Shown: positions 39,342-49,712, numbered from the stretch's first letter. The stretch is 64,000 nt of DNA from Longimicrobiales bacterium (GCA_965238005.1 OZ250165.1:160001-224000); one strand, 5' to 3'. Numbers and translations: made by a program. The notes: generated from the letters alone by a model not told the origin.

Positions 39342-41165
39342 ATGATGCGTCAGATGAGGGAGAACACGAAATGGATCATGCTGATCACAGCAATGGCCTT
39401 CGTGGGTCTTATGGTGTTCCAGTGGGGCATGGACATCACGGGGAGAAGTGGACTGTCCGTCGGCGAGATCGGCAGCGTGAACGGCGTGCCCGTCAGCTAT
39501 GAGGAGTACAACTTCACCTACAGCCGGCTCCTCGATCAGGTTCAGAACTCCCAGGAGGATCCGGTCACAAGCCAGCAGATCAGCGACATCGAGGACGCCG
39601 CCTGGGACGAAGTGGTCAATCAGGCCCTGATCGGTCAGGAACTGCGGAGGCGCGGCATCGAGGTCACGGACGAGGAGATCCGCAACGCGGCCCGTTTCAG
39701 CCCGCCCCCTGAGCTGCGCTCGAGCCCCGCGTTCCAAACCGACGGCGCATTCGACATCCAGAAGTACCAGGACTTCATCTCTTCGCCCACCATCGACGAT
39801 CGGATCCTGCTCCAGCTCGAGGCCTATTACCGGGACCTCATTCCGCGGGGTAAGCTGCTGAGGCAGGTGTCTTCGGACGTCTACGTCACCGATGCGGCCC
39901 TGTGGCAGGACTACAGGGACCGCAACGAGCGGATCTCGGTCCGCTACATACCCCTCGACCCGACCCAGCGGATCGCCGACTCACTCGTGACCGTCACGCC
40001 GGACGACGTGGAGGAGTACTACGACGAGAACCGCGACGAGTTCGCGATCCCGGCCCAGGCTTCCGTGAAGGTGGTGGTCCTGGACAAGGCACCGACGGCC
40101 GCTGACACAGCCGCGGCCGGGGAGACGGCGGCAGAGCTCCGACAGGAGATCCGGGACGGGGTCGACTTCGAGGAGATCCTGGCCAGGCCGCGAATCTCGA
40201 CGGGATCGGGCGATCTCGGGTGGTTCACGGAGGACCGGATGGTTCCCGAGTTCTCCGCCGTGGCGTTCACCGCCGCCAAGGGGGACATCACCGAGCCGGT
40301 GAGAACGTCCTTCGGTTACCACATCATCGAGGTGCAGGACAAGGCCGCCGACAGCATCAAGGCCCGTCACATCCTCCTCCCCTTCGAGCGCACGGACGAC
40401 TCGGAGCTCGAGCTTCTCACCCTGGCCGACTCGCTGGAAGGGCTGGGGGAGTCACGCACCTTCGAACAAGCCGTCGAGATTCTGGGCCTCCAGATGGAGA
40501 ACGCCACCTTGAGCCCGGACTTCGCCTTCGTGATCGGCGCCGGTCAGGTGGGCGAGGGCGCGGACTGGGCGTTCGAGGAGGCTGTGCCGGGTGACGTGAG
40601 CCCGGTATTCGAGACGAGACAGGCCTTCTACATGCTCGAGCTCATGGAAGTGCGCGAGGCGGGCTTCATCTCCCCACAGGACGCTACGGCAGCCATCGAG
40701 CAGGAGGTCCGGACACGCAAGAAGCTGGAGATGGCCAAAGCCGAAGGTGAAGAGGTGGTCGCAGAGATTCGGGGAGGAGCCTCCATGGACGATGTCGCGG
40801 AGCATCGGGACCTGGAGATCCGTGACGCTGGCCCGTATGGCCGCAGGGACTTCGTCCCCGGTCTCGGCCGCTTGAATGCCGCGGTGGGAGCCGGATTCGG
40901 TCTCTACCAGGGCCAGGTCAGCAATGTGGTGGAAGCCAATAACAACGCCTTCATTCTCGCGCTGGTCGACTACATTGCCGCAGACACCACGCTTTTCGAG
41001 GAGGAGCGGTTGGTGCAGCGGTCACAGATGGTGGCCAACGTTCAGCAGACGCGGCTCCAGGATTGGCTCCAGGGCCTGCGGGCCGCGGCTCGCGTCGTGG
41101 ACCGCCGCGACGAGGTCCTGAACGTCGACCCCGCGGATCAGCCGCTGATTCCGCCGATCTTCTAG
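39342..41165 (+). CDS. SurA/PpiD-type periplasmic chaperone / peptidyl-prolyl isomerase
   Basis: MRQMRENTKWI + TM anchor, SurA N-domain, parvulin motif GDLGWF...MVPEF...PVRTSFGYHII. Confidence 0.92.
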   Translation: MMRQMRENTKWIMLITAMAFVGLMVFQWGMDITGRSGLSVGEIGSVNGVPVSYEEYNFTYSRLLDQVQNSQEDPVTSQQISDIEDAAWDEVVNQALIGQELRRRGIEVTDEEIRNAARFSPPPELRSSPAFQTDGAFDIQKYQDFISSPTIDDRILLQLEAYYRDLIPRGKLLRQVSSDVYVTDAALWQDYRDRNERISVRYIPLDPTQRIADSLVTVTPDDVEEYYDENRDEFAIPAQASVKVVVLDKAPTAADTAAAGETAAELRQEIRDGVDFEEILARPRISTGSGDLGWFTEDRMVPEFSAVAFTAAKGDITEPVRTSFGYHIIEVQDKAADSIKARHILLPFERTDDSELELLTLADSLEGLGESRTFEQAVEILGLQMENATLSPDFAFVIGAGQVGEGADWAFEEAVPGDVSPVFETRQAFYMLELMEVREAGFISPQDATAAIEQEVRTRKKLEMAKAEGEEVVAEIRGGASMDDVAEHRDLEIRDAGPYGRRDFVPGLGRLNAAVGAGFGLYQGQVSNVVEANNNAFILALVDYIAADTTLFEEERLVQRSQMVANVQQTRLQDWLQGLRAAARVVDRRDEVLNVDPADQPLIPPIF

Positions 41166-41198
41166 GGACGCCTGCGTCCGGACAGGACCGCAACGAAG

Positions 41199-41235
41199 AG
41201 CGGCGGCCGGAACCTCGAAGGTTCCGGCCGCCGCT
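41199..41235. terminator. Hairpin between the convergent surA/ppiD and tatA genes (probable bidirectional terminator)
   Basis: Perfect 17-bp stem AGCGGCGGCCGGAACCT-CGA-AGGTTCCGGCCGCCGCT. Confidence 0.75.
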
Positions 41236-41287
41236 TTCGTCTGTGCGAGTCCCCCGCGCGGCCGCACCCTATTACTCGGAGAGGCTC

Positions 41288-41587
<300 letters not shown>

Positions 41588-41626
41588 GATATCAACCTCC
41601 GTTAGAGGTCCGTCCAGACCTTCGCC

Positions 41627-41905
41627 TCAGATCCAGGATCGGACGATAAATGCTACGATCGAGATTCCAACGAGCGTCAACACGTTCAAGCTCAATGTGA
41701 GTGGCCCGATCGTGAACGCAACAGCGACCAGATCGATGGACAGAGGCCCGATGGACGCTTCCACCGCAGTGGTGAGAAACGACTTGGCCGCGCTCTCCGG
41801 AAGGAACAGCTCGGACAACTTGGTGAGCAGTCCTCCCAACAGCAGCCCGAGCACCTGAGTCCAGGCCAGGCGCTTTACGTTCCGCCGATACGTATCAACT
41901 AGCAT
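41627..41905 (-). CDS. Small membrane protein (DUF4321-like)
   Basis: 92 aa, hydrophobic; IGPLSIDL..VAFTIGPLTLSLNVLTLVGI pattern. Confidence 0.65.
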   Translation of the reverse strand: MLVDTYRRNVKRLAWTQVLGLLLGGLLTKLSELFLPESAAKSFLTTAVEASIGPLSIDLVAVAFTIGPLTLSLNVLTLVGISIVAFIVRSWI

Positions 41906-41974
41906 ACGGTCCGCAGGCGCGTCTGGTTCCCATTCTTCTGTGGATCAGGGATGGTCGGAGCGTAGCCCCCGGCA

Positions 41975-42982
41975 TCAGCGGTCGCGGCCGATGGCGTACG
42001 CCACGGCGCTCCGGAGCGCCTCGACGGCAAGATCTTTCGGGAGGTCGCGGAGCGCCTCGTCGGCGCGTTCGGCGTAGAAGTCCGCCTGGCCCCGGGCGTA
42101 TAGGAGTCCCCCCCTGTCACGGACGATGCCGATGACGCGCTGGATGTCCTCGTCGGAAGCCTCGACCAGGGTGAAGAAGTCCCGGATCTCTGCCATCTCG
42201 CCGCCCGATACGTTGGCCAGGGCCCCCACGAGGGGGAGCGTGACCTTGCGCTCCCTTAGGTCGTGTCCCGAGGGCTTGCCGGTCACCGCCTCGGAGCCGG
42301 TGTAGTCCAGCAGGTCATCGGCGATCTGGAATGCCATCCCGAGATTGTGCCCGAAGCGAGCGAGGGGTTGGCGATACTCACGGACCCCGTCCAGGGCACC
42401 CATCTCGCAGGTGGCCGACATGAGCGACGCCGTCTTCGCCGCGATGAGCCGGTAGTAGTCCTCCTCGGTGAACTCGAGGGCGTCGTAGGACGTCAACTGG
42501 CGCATCTCCCCGACGCTCATCTCGTTGGCCGCGACGGCGAGCACGGCCAACGCTTCGAGCTTGCCGAGGTGAGTGAGCTCCGTGATCGACCGGCTGTACA
42601 GATAGTCGCCCATGATGATGGCGATCTGATGGGTCCAGAGAGCGTTGACCGTGGGGAGGCCCCGGCGGAGGACGCTGTGATCGACGGCGTCGTCGTGAAC
42701 CAGCGTAGCCAGGTGCACCAGCTCTACCACAGCCCCCAACGTCACGGCATCGGGCGAGGGCCTTCCCCCAACCTGATTGGCCAACAGCAGGAGTGTGGGG
42801 CGGAACAGCTTCCCCCTCATCAGCAGGAGGTATTCGTTGACCTCCTCGATCATGTCGAAGTCCGAAACGATGATCCGCTTCAGCTCCTCCTGCACGGACT
42901 CGAGCCGATCCCCCACCAGGGACTGCATCGCAGACAGGCCTGGGGGGGGTTCTCTCAGCAGCGAGCTCCGAGCCGCCTCCAT
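41975..42982 (-). CDS. ispB: Polyprenyl (octaprenyl-type) diphosphate synthase
   Basis: GKLFRP, HLATLVHDDAVD...RRG, GDYL, KTASL, FQIADDLLD, KVTLP. The ORF-track extension into repeat B3 is discounted. Confidence 0.9.
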   Translation of the reverse strand: MEAARSSLLREPPPGLSAMQSLVGDRLESVQEELKRIIVSDFDMIEEVNEYLLLMRGKLFRPTLLLLANQVGGRPSPDAVTLGAVVELVHLATLVHDDAVDHSVLRRGLPTVNALWTHQIAIIMGDYLYSRSITELTHLGKLEALAVLAVAANEMSVGEMRQLTSYDALEFTEEDYYRLIAAKTASLMSATCEMGALDGVREYRQPLARFGHNLGMAFQIADDLLDYTGSEAVTGKPSGHDLRERKVTLPLVGALANVSGGEMAEIRDFFTLVEASDEDIQRVIGIVRDRGGLLYARGQADFYAERADEALRDLPKDLAVEALRSAVAYAIGRDR

Positions 42983-43033
42983 CAGCGCACGGCCAGGTTC
43001 GACATTGCCATCGATCAGGAATTCGCCGGGTTT

Positions 43034-43345
43034 AGAAGGCTGTGGGGGGAGTACAGCGGGTCGCGTTAGGAGCGCCGAGGGTCCAGCGCGTAGGCGGCGC
43101 GACGACGCGATGCTGGAGTATCGGGGAGGAGCGCCAACACCCGGGGCACCGCGCGGAGCGTGGTCGGGCCCTCGCCGCCCTAACCCGAAGGGCACAGGGG
43201 GGTTGTGGTCTCATAGGTCGTCTCTCCTCCTCGCCGTAGCCCTGCTACGACTCGTCGTCGTTCCTACTCTGAGCCTCACAAGACCGGGGCACCCGCGCCG
43301 AAGGCGTGGGTCGCGCGACCCGCTGTACTCCTTCCACAGCCTTCT
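43034..43345. mobile_element. MITE-like repeat family B, full copy B3 (312 bp, with extra internal hairpins)
   Basis: 32-bp TIRs with 30/32 match (AGAAGGCTGTGG..GGAGTACAGCGGGTCGCG); directly abuts the TAG stop of the TPR gene; insertions GTAGCCCTGCTAC and CGCGCC-GAA-GGCGTG relative to B2. Confidence 0.88.
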
Positions 43346-45139
43346 CTAGTCCCGGAGAGCCCGCAAGCGCTCCGTAACGTCCGCGAAGTTGATGTCCAGA
43401 GTAAACACCCTGTCGTAAAACTCTAGGGCCTGGTCCTTGTTCCCAACAGCCTCGTAGGCCACGCCCAAGTAGTAGTAGATGCCCATGAGCTCGTCCTCGA
43501 CCTCGTACGGCGCGTCGAGGGCGCGGGGGAGAGATCGGAGGGCAGCCTCAGACTCACCCTTCTCGAGGAACGTCTGCCCGAGCAGCTCGTACGTGGGGAG
43601 GTGGTCTGCGGAGGCACGTAGCGCCTGTTGGTACTCGGCGATGGCCTCGTCCAGCAGGCCCATCTCCTTGAAGGCCGTGCCCAGGTCATAATGTGCCGTG
43701 GCGTCGTCGGCTCCGATGTTCTCGGACACCTTCTCCCGGAACTGCGAGAGCATGCGCTGGAAGTCCGCCGACTCGTCTCCGGTGGGCTCCTCGTAGGCCA
43801 CCACGAATCGGGTCGTCTTCTCTTCCTCGTCCCCGAGGAGCATAGAGCCCAGGTCGACGTAGGATTCCGCCGAGGAGACCTCCTGAGCCGCCTCGGCCGC
43901 CGTCTCTCCCTCGAGCTGGCCAAGCGCCGCCCTGGCCCGCTCGTCGGTGGGATCCGCCGACAGGGCCTGCTCGAACACGGCCTTGGCCCGCGTCTCCTGC
44001 CCGGCCCGTTGCAGACACTCGGCGAGACCCAGGTACGCCTCTGCGAGGGCCCCCGAGTCGTTGGAGCGGAACGCGTACTCCACCATGCGCTGGTGGTGGT
44101 TCTGGTCGTCGGGCTCCGCCTCCACGACGGCGGAGAGCGCCTCGATAGCCCCCAGGAAATCTCCGGTGGCAGCCAGAGCCTCGTGATCTGAGGTGGCTTC
44201 CTCCGCCTTGGCTTCGGCCAGCGACTCTTCCACCGCCGCCTCGACGGCCTCCTCCTCCTCGTCATCGTCGAAGGACAAGAGAGGCAGGTCCGTAACGGCC
44301 TCTTCTTCTTCTTCTTTTTCTTTTTCTTCCTCGTCCGCCGCTTCGACGTCGAGAGACAGGCCACCCGTGTCCACCTCTTCGGCCTCCTTCTCGTCACCCG
44401 AGATCTCCAAGCCACCGGCCTCGATCTCCCCGGGCACGCCCGGCTCCCCGGCGGTGGCTTCCTCGAAGCCAACGTCTCCAAGGCCGTCGTCGGCGCCGGA
44501 AGCGACGCCGGCCATGGGCGCGGCTTCGAGGGAAGCGGTGGGATCCATCGCCTGAATCTGAGCCTCGACCTGCGCGGCCTCCTCTACCATCCCCTTCCCC
44601 ATCATGATCTGATGGGCGCCGACCAGCTGCTGGACGGCCTCGCCCATCCGGTCGTGTTGCCCCAGCTGGGCCGCCAGGAGCTGTCGGATCTCGTAGTCGT
44701 CGGGCGCCAGGTCCACGAACTCGATGAGCGCCCGGAAGGCCTCGTCCATATCCCCGTACGACTGTACGCGCTCGGCGTAGGTGATGAAACTGGCGCGGGC
44801 GTCGGTGATGAAGCCCTGGGCCGCCCGGATCTGGCCGATCTTCAAGTGGATCGTATACCGATCCGGGAGATTGCGAATCACCTTCTTGCAGATGGCGATG
44901 GCGTTGTTGGGAAGCTCCGCCTCGACGTAGTAGTCGACGGCCCTCTCGTAGAAGCTCACCGCCTGAGCAGAAGCGCCGGTCCGGGTCGCGAGGTCGCCGG
45001 CACGGTTGAACAGGCCGATGTCCGGGACGTCCTCGTCGGACATCTGGTCGATGGCCTTGATATAGAGGTCCAACGCCTTCTGCCACTCTTCCTTCTGCTC
45101 GTGACCCCGGGCCTGCTCTTTTATCGCTTCTACGCTCAT
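43346..45139 (-). CDS. Large tetratricopeptide repeat protein with central acidic linker
   Basis: N-terminal TPRs (NAIAICKKVIR), acidic linker, C-terminal TPRs (AHYDLGTAFKEMGLLDEAIAEYQQAL ... INFADVTERL). Confidence 0.88.
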   Translation of the reverse strand: MSVEAIKEQARGHEQKEEWQKALDLYIKAIDQMSDEDVPDIGLFNRAGDLATRTGASAQAVSFYERAVDYYVEAELPNNAIAICKKVIRNLPDRYTIHLKIGQIRAAQGFITDARASFITYAERVQSYGDMDEAFRALIEFVDLAPDDYEIRQLLAAQLGQHDRMGEAVQQLVGAHQIMMGKGMVEEAAQVEAQIQAMDPTASLEAAPMAGVASGADDGLGDVGFEEATAGEPGVPGEIEAGGLEISGDEKEAEEVDTGGLSLDVEAADEEEKEKEEEEEAVTDLPLLSFDDDEEEEAVEAAVEESLAEAKAEEATSDHEALAATGDFLGAIEALSAVVEAEPDDQNHHQRMVEYAFRSNDSGALAEAYLGLAECLQRAGQETRAKAVFEQALSADPTDERARAALGQLEGETAAEAAQEVSSAESYVDLGSMLLGDEEEKTTRFVVAYEEPTGDESADFQRMLSQFREKVSENIGADDATAHYDLGTAFKEMGLLDEAIAEYQQALRASADHLPTYELLGQTFLEKGESEAALRSLPRALDAPYEVEDELMGIYYYLGVAYEAVGNKDQALEFYDRVFTLDINFADVTERLRALRD

Positions 45140-45293
45140 GTACTCGCACTCGTACTTGAGTCTTCCCACCCCACTCGCAGGTTTACCTGCTCGAGAACGC
45201 GGCGGAACAGTGGACGCGAAGCATGAGGATGGAGAGCACTAATCTGCCTGCAACAGACGGAAGCACAAGGGGATAGCCGCGAGAGCCGACGCG

Positions 45294-45326
45294 ACGCCCC
45301 CGATGACCGAAGCCATCGGGAGCGTC
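45294..45326 (-). terminator. Hairpin downstream of the lipoprotein gene (possible terminator)
   Basis: GACGC-CCCCGATG...CATCGGGA-GCGTC imperfect stem; no clear U-tract. Confidence 0.35.
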
Positions 45327-45354
45327 CCGCGGATTCAGCGGACGACGGAGGCGG

Positions 45355-46479
45355 TCAGCGACCCACCAGCTGTGGGTTTCCGGCCTGGAGCTGGTAGGCC
45401 CAGTCGAAGATCATGATCTCCGCACCGGTCTGATCCGTTCCCAGCAGAGCAACGCGAATGGCGCCATAGTGTAGCTGACCATCGTCGCCCACCACACGCA
45501 GCATATACGTGAGCTCCGGCTCCAGGAACACGTCACCTCCCGTGTACCCCGAGGTCGGGGCGGTCGTCCAATCCTGGCACTGGGGGTCCGCGGCGACACC
45601 GCACTTGAGTGCGGTCGTGAAGGTTCCCTCTGGGAAGATGTCGGCCGAGGATCCGGGCACCAGCCACCAGCCGATGGCGTCGGTCTCCAGCCGGAAGTGC
45701 CTGGACGGCGACGATCCGCTAACGATCGGATCCAGCTCGTCGGACTCGGCGAACCGGAACCCGGAACGCGCCGGGTTGTCGGCGAACGAGAGGACCAGCT
45801 CTCCCCGGAAGTCGGGCCGGGGCGTCCCCGGGCTCTCGAAGCTGTCCAGGCTCTCGTGGCCGTAGACGTCCACCGACGACACCACGTACGTGGAGGTCAC
45901 TCCGTTCTCGGCCAGCTCGTCCAGAAAGCCCTCCGAGTCGGTCTCCCCGAGGAGCGTCGCACCGCCGTCAGTCAGCAGATACACCCGGTAGTGCGAGAAA
46001 TCGCTGGCGGAGCGGGCGTTGTCACTCCAGCGGATGTAGTTGGTGTCGTCCAGTGCCACCACGTCCATGCCCGAAGGCACCGGCGGCGGAATGAAAGACG
46101 GCACCGAAACCACGATCACGGCGTCCGAGTCGGTCTCCGCACCTGTATCGGGGTCCACCGACGACACGAAGTACTCGTAGCTGACGGACTCGACGATGTT
46201 CGTGTCCGTGTACTCGCACGCCCCGTCGGCACAGCTCGTCACTTCCGCGATCACCAGAAAGGAGGCGTCGCCCACGCGCCGACCGGAGACCCGGAAGGAC
46301 TCTCCGTTCCACTGGGCCCCCAGGAACCAGTGAAGCGTGATCGCCTGGTTGAAATACTCGCCTTCGAGCCCCTCAGGCGGGGCGGGAAATTCGTCTACGG
46401 GAATGAAGACGGTGTTGTCGTTATCGCAGGCACCCAGCAGCAGAGCCATCCCAACCACCGCAAAGAACCGTTTCCACAT
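45355..46479 (-). CDS. Lipoprotein with two fibronectin-III-like domains and an uncharacterised C-terminal domain
   Basis: Lipobox LLGAC; PPEGL...LHW...YEYFVSSVD and PVPSGM...IRW...YRVY...YVVSSVD..GHES FN3-like patterns. Confidence 0.75.
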   Translation of the reverse strand: MWKRFFAVVGMALLLGACDNDNTVFIPVDEFPAPPEGLEGEYFNQAITLHWFLGAQWNGESFRVSGRRVGDASFLVIAEVTSCADGACEYTDTNIVESVSYEYFVSSVDPDTGAETDSDAVIVVSVPSFIPPPVPSGMDVVALDDTNYIRWSDNARSASDFSHYRVYLLTDGGATLLGETDSEGFLDELAENGVTSTYVVSSVDVYGHESLDSFESPGTPRPDFRGELVLSFADNPARSGFRFAESDELDPIVSGSSPSRHFRLETDAIGWWLVPGSSADIFPEGTFTTALKCGVAADPQCQDWTTAPTSGYTGGDVFLEPELTYMLRVVGDDGQLHYGAIRVALLGTDQTGAEIMIFDWAYQLQAGNPQLVGR

Positions 46480-46550
46480 GATTCATCTACCTCACGCTGG
46501 GTTCAGCGCCGGGGTCTCTCGGATCCCGGCGATCCTCGCCCAACACGTAT

Positions 46551-46566
46551 TGCACAACCGGTACCA
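46551..46566 (-). promoter_or_regulatory. Candidate sigma54 (-24/-12) promoter of the lipoprotein gene
   Basis: Minus strand TGGTACCGGTTGTGCA: GG-N10-GC spacing, compared with consensus TGGCACG-N4-TTGCW; about 70 nt upstream of the ATG. Confidence 0.5.
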
Positions 46567-46686
46567 AAACTGAAGACCGCATAGAGCAAAGGGTTTCGGC
46601 GATGATCGCAGCCAGATCGTCCTCTGGAGAGGACAGGGACCGGACCGCCGCAAGACATGGGGGCACGGCCGTGGAGGGTGCCGTAC

Positions 46687-46707
46687 CTAGTGTGGACACC
46701 ACACTAG
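46687..46707. repeat. Perfect 9-bp inverted repeat CTAGTGTGG-ACA-CCACACTAG (possible minimal family-A scar)
   Basis: Same TAGTG...CACTA termini as family A; contains the lptD TAG stop. Confidence 0.55.
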
Positions 46708-49700
46708 AACCGGTCCTGGATGTCCGTGTTGCGCTGCCTGTAGTCGAACTTCAGGTCGCGGTTGTCGGTGAGGGACACCTGGAAGCGGAAGGACCAGTTC
46801 CCGGTGGCCGTCTGCAGGAAGTCGAAGTTGGCGTTCCACCGGTGGAGGTCCCTGGTGAGCCGGATACGGTGGTCCGTGAAGCTCCGGACGTCGATGTCGT
46901 AGGACGTGCCCCAGGTCAGGCTCCACTTCTCGGTGGGACGGAGGCGGAGCCCTATCTGCACGAGCTGGCTGGCGGGCAGGCTCTCGTCCCGGTTCCTGCG
47001 TATGGAGTAGTTGAAGTTGGCCGACCATGTGCCCGCGGCCCCACGACGGCGGACACGCCTCTGAGCGGCAGGGTCGGCAGAGCCCGAGCCCGGGACCACG
47101 ACGGATTCGTCGGTCACCCCTATGTCGCCCAAGCCGCCCAGGAGGGGATCCAGATCGTCGGGATCCTCGCCCAGGACGGGAACCGTGTCCCCCGGGGCCG
47201 TTGCCTGCTCCGCCGCCCGGGCGGCGGCAGCCTCTTCCTCGTCTCCGCCACCCAGGAGGCGCCCCAGGGCCCGGAGCACCCCCGAGTTATTGCTAATGCC
47301 GAAAGAGAAGTTGAGCTGCGACAGGAGGGGCGACAGGCTACGCTTCCCTTCCTCACTCCGATCGAAGAGGTCGTGCTCCACCGACACCGCCATCCCACGG
47401 AGGAAGTCGGAGCTGATCTGGTTCTGGAGCCGCGTCGTGGTGAACCCCTCGAGGAAGTCGTCCTCGTCGCTGGCCCGGACGAAGTCGTAGGTGACCACGC
47501 TCGTACGGATGGCCAGAAGGTTCACGATCCTGGAGGCCGGAAGCCTTTGGGGACCGCCCTCCGCGTCCCGCTCCTGCCGGCGGAGGGCGAGCGCCTCGGC
47601 CTCCGCGGCCAGCGAGTCGGCCCTGGCCTCCTGAAGGGAGTCGGAGGCGAACGGATCGTCGAAGAGGTCGATGGCGTCCGGGTCGTCCTCGGCCTCTCCC
47701 TCGGCCTCTTCCTCGGTCCGGTCCTCGGGCCGCTTGGCCTCGAGCGTCTGGTTGAGCGCGAAGCTGACAACGTTCCTGGCCTTGGCTTCCCGCGCTCCGA
47801 ACACCGTCTCCTGGATGGCCGAGGGCACGATCTCCGGCGCGTACGCGTAGGTGAACGACGGCGAGATCTTGTGACGGATCGCCTCGAAGCCGGCAAAGCC
47901 ACCGTAGAAGCCGTAGATGTCGCTCTTGAGCCGGGCGCCGAAGGAGATCCGCATGGGCCCGGACACGAAGCTCGAGGCCTCGGGGATGTCGTCGGAGCGC
48001 TTCGAGGCGCCGGAGACGCGCAGATCCGGTGTCAGCGTGGTGGTTCCGATCAGCCGCTGCTGATAGTTGAACGCCATGCTCCACGTGATGTCGGCTTTGC
48101 TCTTGTCCAGAAAGCCGGTGGGCAGGGGACCCAGGGTATCCCCCGGGAAGGCCACCAGGGCCGGCACGTCCAGCACGCTCGAGCCCGTGAAGTTCAGGTT
48201 CTGGTTCCACGAGAAGGCACCGAGGTTGAACGAGCTGCTTACGCTCCCCCTGGTGTTGCTCGCATCGGCCAGGTTTTCGAAGAAGGCCGAGTCAGCCTGC
48301 GTTGCCCGATCGATGGTGCTCCGGCTGTACCGGGCACTCCCCGACCACGTCATGTTGTTGAAGAACTTGGCCCTGCTGTCGGGCACCTTGAAGAGTGTGA
48401 TGGTCTTGAGGGATAGGTTGGCCGTGGGCAGCGTCATCTCCACCCGATCGTCGCTCAGGAACTGTCGGCGGTTGGCGCTCAGGGACAGCGTACCCCAGTC
48501 GAAGCGCCGGTTCAGGCCTCCGTCGGAGTTGATGGACTGGGTGATCTCCCGTGGATCGAAGGAGTTCTCCCTCACGAATTGCGAGCTGGAGGCGTAGCGG
48601 GCGGAAACGCGGATGGAGGTCCGCTCGTCCATCTGCCAGTTGTGCCCGGTGTCGAAGGAGAGCTCCCTCCCGCCGTCCACCCTCCAGAAGCGCCGCACAT
48701 TGGCCCGGCCGTCCAGAAACTTCCGGGTCACCCGGTAGCGGAACCCTCCGGTCAACGCCGTGAAGTTGTCGCTCCACCAGTCCATCGCCATGGTGGCGTC
48801 GGCGTAGTCGTTGATGGCCCAGAAGAACCCGACGTTGGACAACCTCCGGGTGTGGCCCCGGGAGGTGCGCACGATGTCGTTCACGCCGAAGCGTGGAGGC
48901 AGGATGCCGCTGTGCCTGCCCGTCTCCGTGCTTTGGAAGATGAAGGGGAGCCAGAACACGGGCACGTCGCCGAAGTTGAGCGTGACGTTGCGGGCGACGA
49001 GCCAGCTCCCGCCGATGGCCTTGAGCTCGCGGGCCGCGAAATGGTAGTGGGGCTCTTCCTCTTCGCACGACGTGAAGTTGATGTGGTGGCCGAACACCGT
49101 GTCCGGGAGGATGGCCGGAAGATCCCCGTCCATGATCCACGTAGCACCCGCCGTCAGCTTGGTCTGAGCGTCGAAGGCGGATCCCCTGCCCTGCCTCAGG
49201 TCATAGATGATGTTCGCGCTCCGCACCGGCTGCTCGCCGGGCCGTTCGGTGACGGTCTCACCAGCGGTCCAAACAAGGGAATCGGCCAGCGTGATGGTGT
49301 CCGTCGCCGTGATGGACTGCCGCTGCTGCGTGAGCTGCGCCGGCGATCCCTCGGCGCCGATGAGGGTCAGGCGCTCCTCCACGGCGTCGAAGCGCGCCGC
49401 CGCCGCCTCGTACCGGGCCACGGCGTAGCCTGGAAGCTCCAGGAGCGCTGCCATGAAGCTGTCTGCCGTCGCAACGGGGGGCGTCTGGGGAGGCCGACGA
49501 CCACTCAGGGAGTCCCGAAACAGGGTCGAGTCCACGCCAGGGGGCTTCGAGAGCAGCTGGAGCCGCTCCAGAATCCGGATCCGGGCCGAATCGACCTCCT
49601 CTTCCACCGCCTGAGCCGAGAGCGGGGCGGCCGCAGCCAATCCGGCACCGAGAACGCCAAGGGTAAAGAGCCAACGGGCGAGGCGACCGGCGGGTCGTGC

Positions 49701-49712
49701 CTCGAGCATCAT
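46704..49712 (-). CDS. lptD: LPS-assembly protein LptD-like outer-membrane protein
   Basis: Signal peptide; FTSCEEEEPHYHF; VPVFWLPF; RHSGIL.P; C-terminal RDLHRW...DLKFDY; ATGA overlap with the tatC stop. Confidence 0.88.
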   Translation of the reverse strand: MMLEARPAGRLARWLFTLGVLGAGLAAAAPLSAQAVEEEVDSARIRILERLQLLSKPPGVDSTLFRDSLSGRRPPQTPPVATADSFMAALLELPGYAVARYEAAAARFDAVEERLTLIGAEGSPAQLTQQRQSITATDTITLADSLVWTAGETVTERPGEQPVRSANIIYDLRQGRGSAFDAQTKLTAGATWIMDGDLPAILPDTVFGHHINFTSCEEEEPHYHFAARELKAIGGSWLVARNVTLNFGDVPVFWLPFIFQSTETGRHSGILPPRFGVNDIVRTSRGHTRRLSNVGFFWAINDYADATMAMDWWSDNFTALTGGFRYRVTRKFLDGRANVRRFWRVDGGRELSFDTGHNWQMDERTSIRVSARYASSSQFVRENSFDPREITQSINSDGGLNRRFDWGTLSLSANRRQFLSDDRVEMTLPTANLSLKTITLFKVPDSRAKFFNNMTWSGSARYSRSTIDRATQADSAFFENLADASNTRGSVSSSFNLGAFSWNQNLNFTGSSVLDVPALVAFPGDTLGPLPTGFLDKSKADITWSMAFNYQQRLIGTTTLTPDLRVSGASKRSDDIPEASSFVSGPMRISFGARLKSDIYGFYGGFAGFEAIRHKISPSFTYAYAPEIVPSAIQETVFGAREAKARNVVSFALNQTLEAKRPEDRTEEEAEGEAEDDPDAIDLFDDPFASDSLQEARADSLAAEAEALALRRQERDAEGGPQRLPASRIVNLLAIRTSVVTYDFVRASDEDDFLEGFTTTRLQNQISSDFLRGMAVSVEHDLFDRSEEGKRSLSPLLSQLNFSFGISNNSGVLRALGRLLGGGDEEEAAAARAAEQATAPGDTVPVLGEDPDDLDPLLGGLGDIGVTDESVVVPGSGSADPAAQRRVRRRGAAGTWSANFNYSIRRNRDESLPASQLVQIGLRLRPTEKWSLTWGTSYDIDVRSFTDHRIRLTRDLHRWNANFDFLQTATGNWSFRFQVSLTDNRDLKFDYRQRNTDIQDRF

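Noticed and set aside
42983..43214. Repeated small ORFs (MPFGLGRRGP..., MRPQPPCAL...) and the N-terminal extension of ispB; likewise [10 protein letters not shown]... in front of dnaJ
   Set aside because: They are translations of the repeat elements, with no RBS support and frames not conserved between copies.
46602..48416. Large plus-strand ORFs (e.g. 604 aa here; also 31568-33202, 28117-29604, 16384-17817)
   Set aside because: Exactly antisense to well-supported genes; expected shadows in GC-rich DNA with no recognisable motifs.
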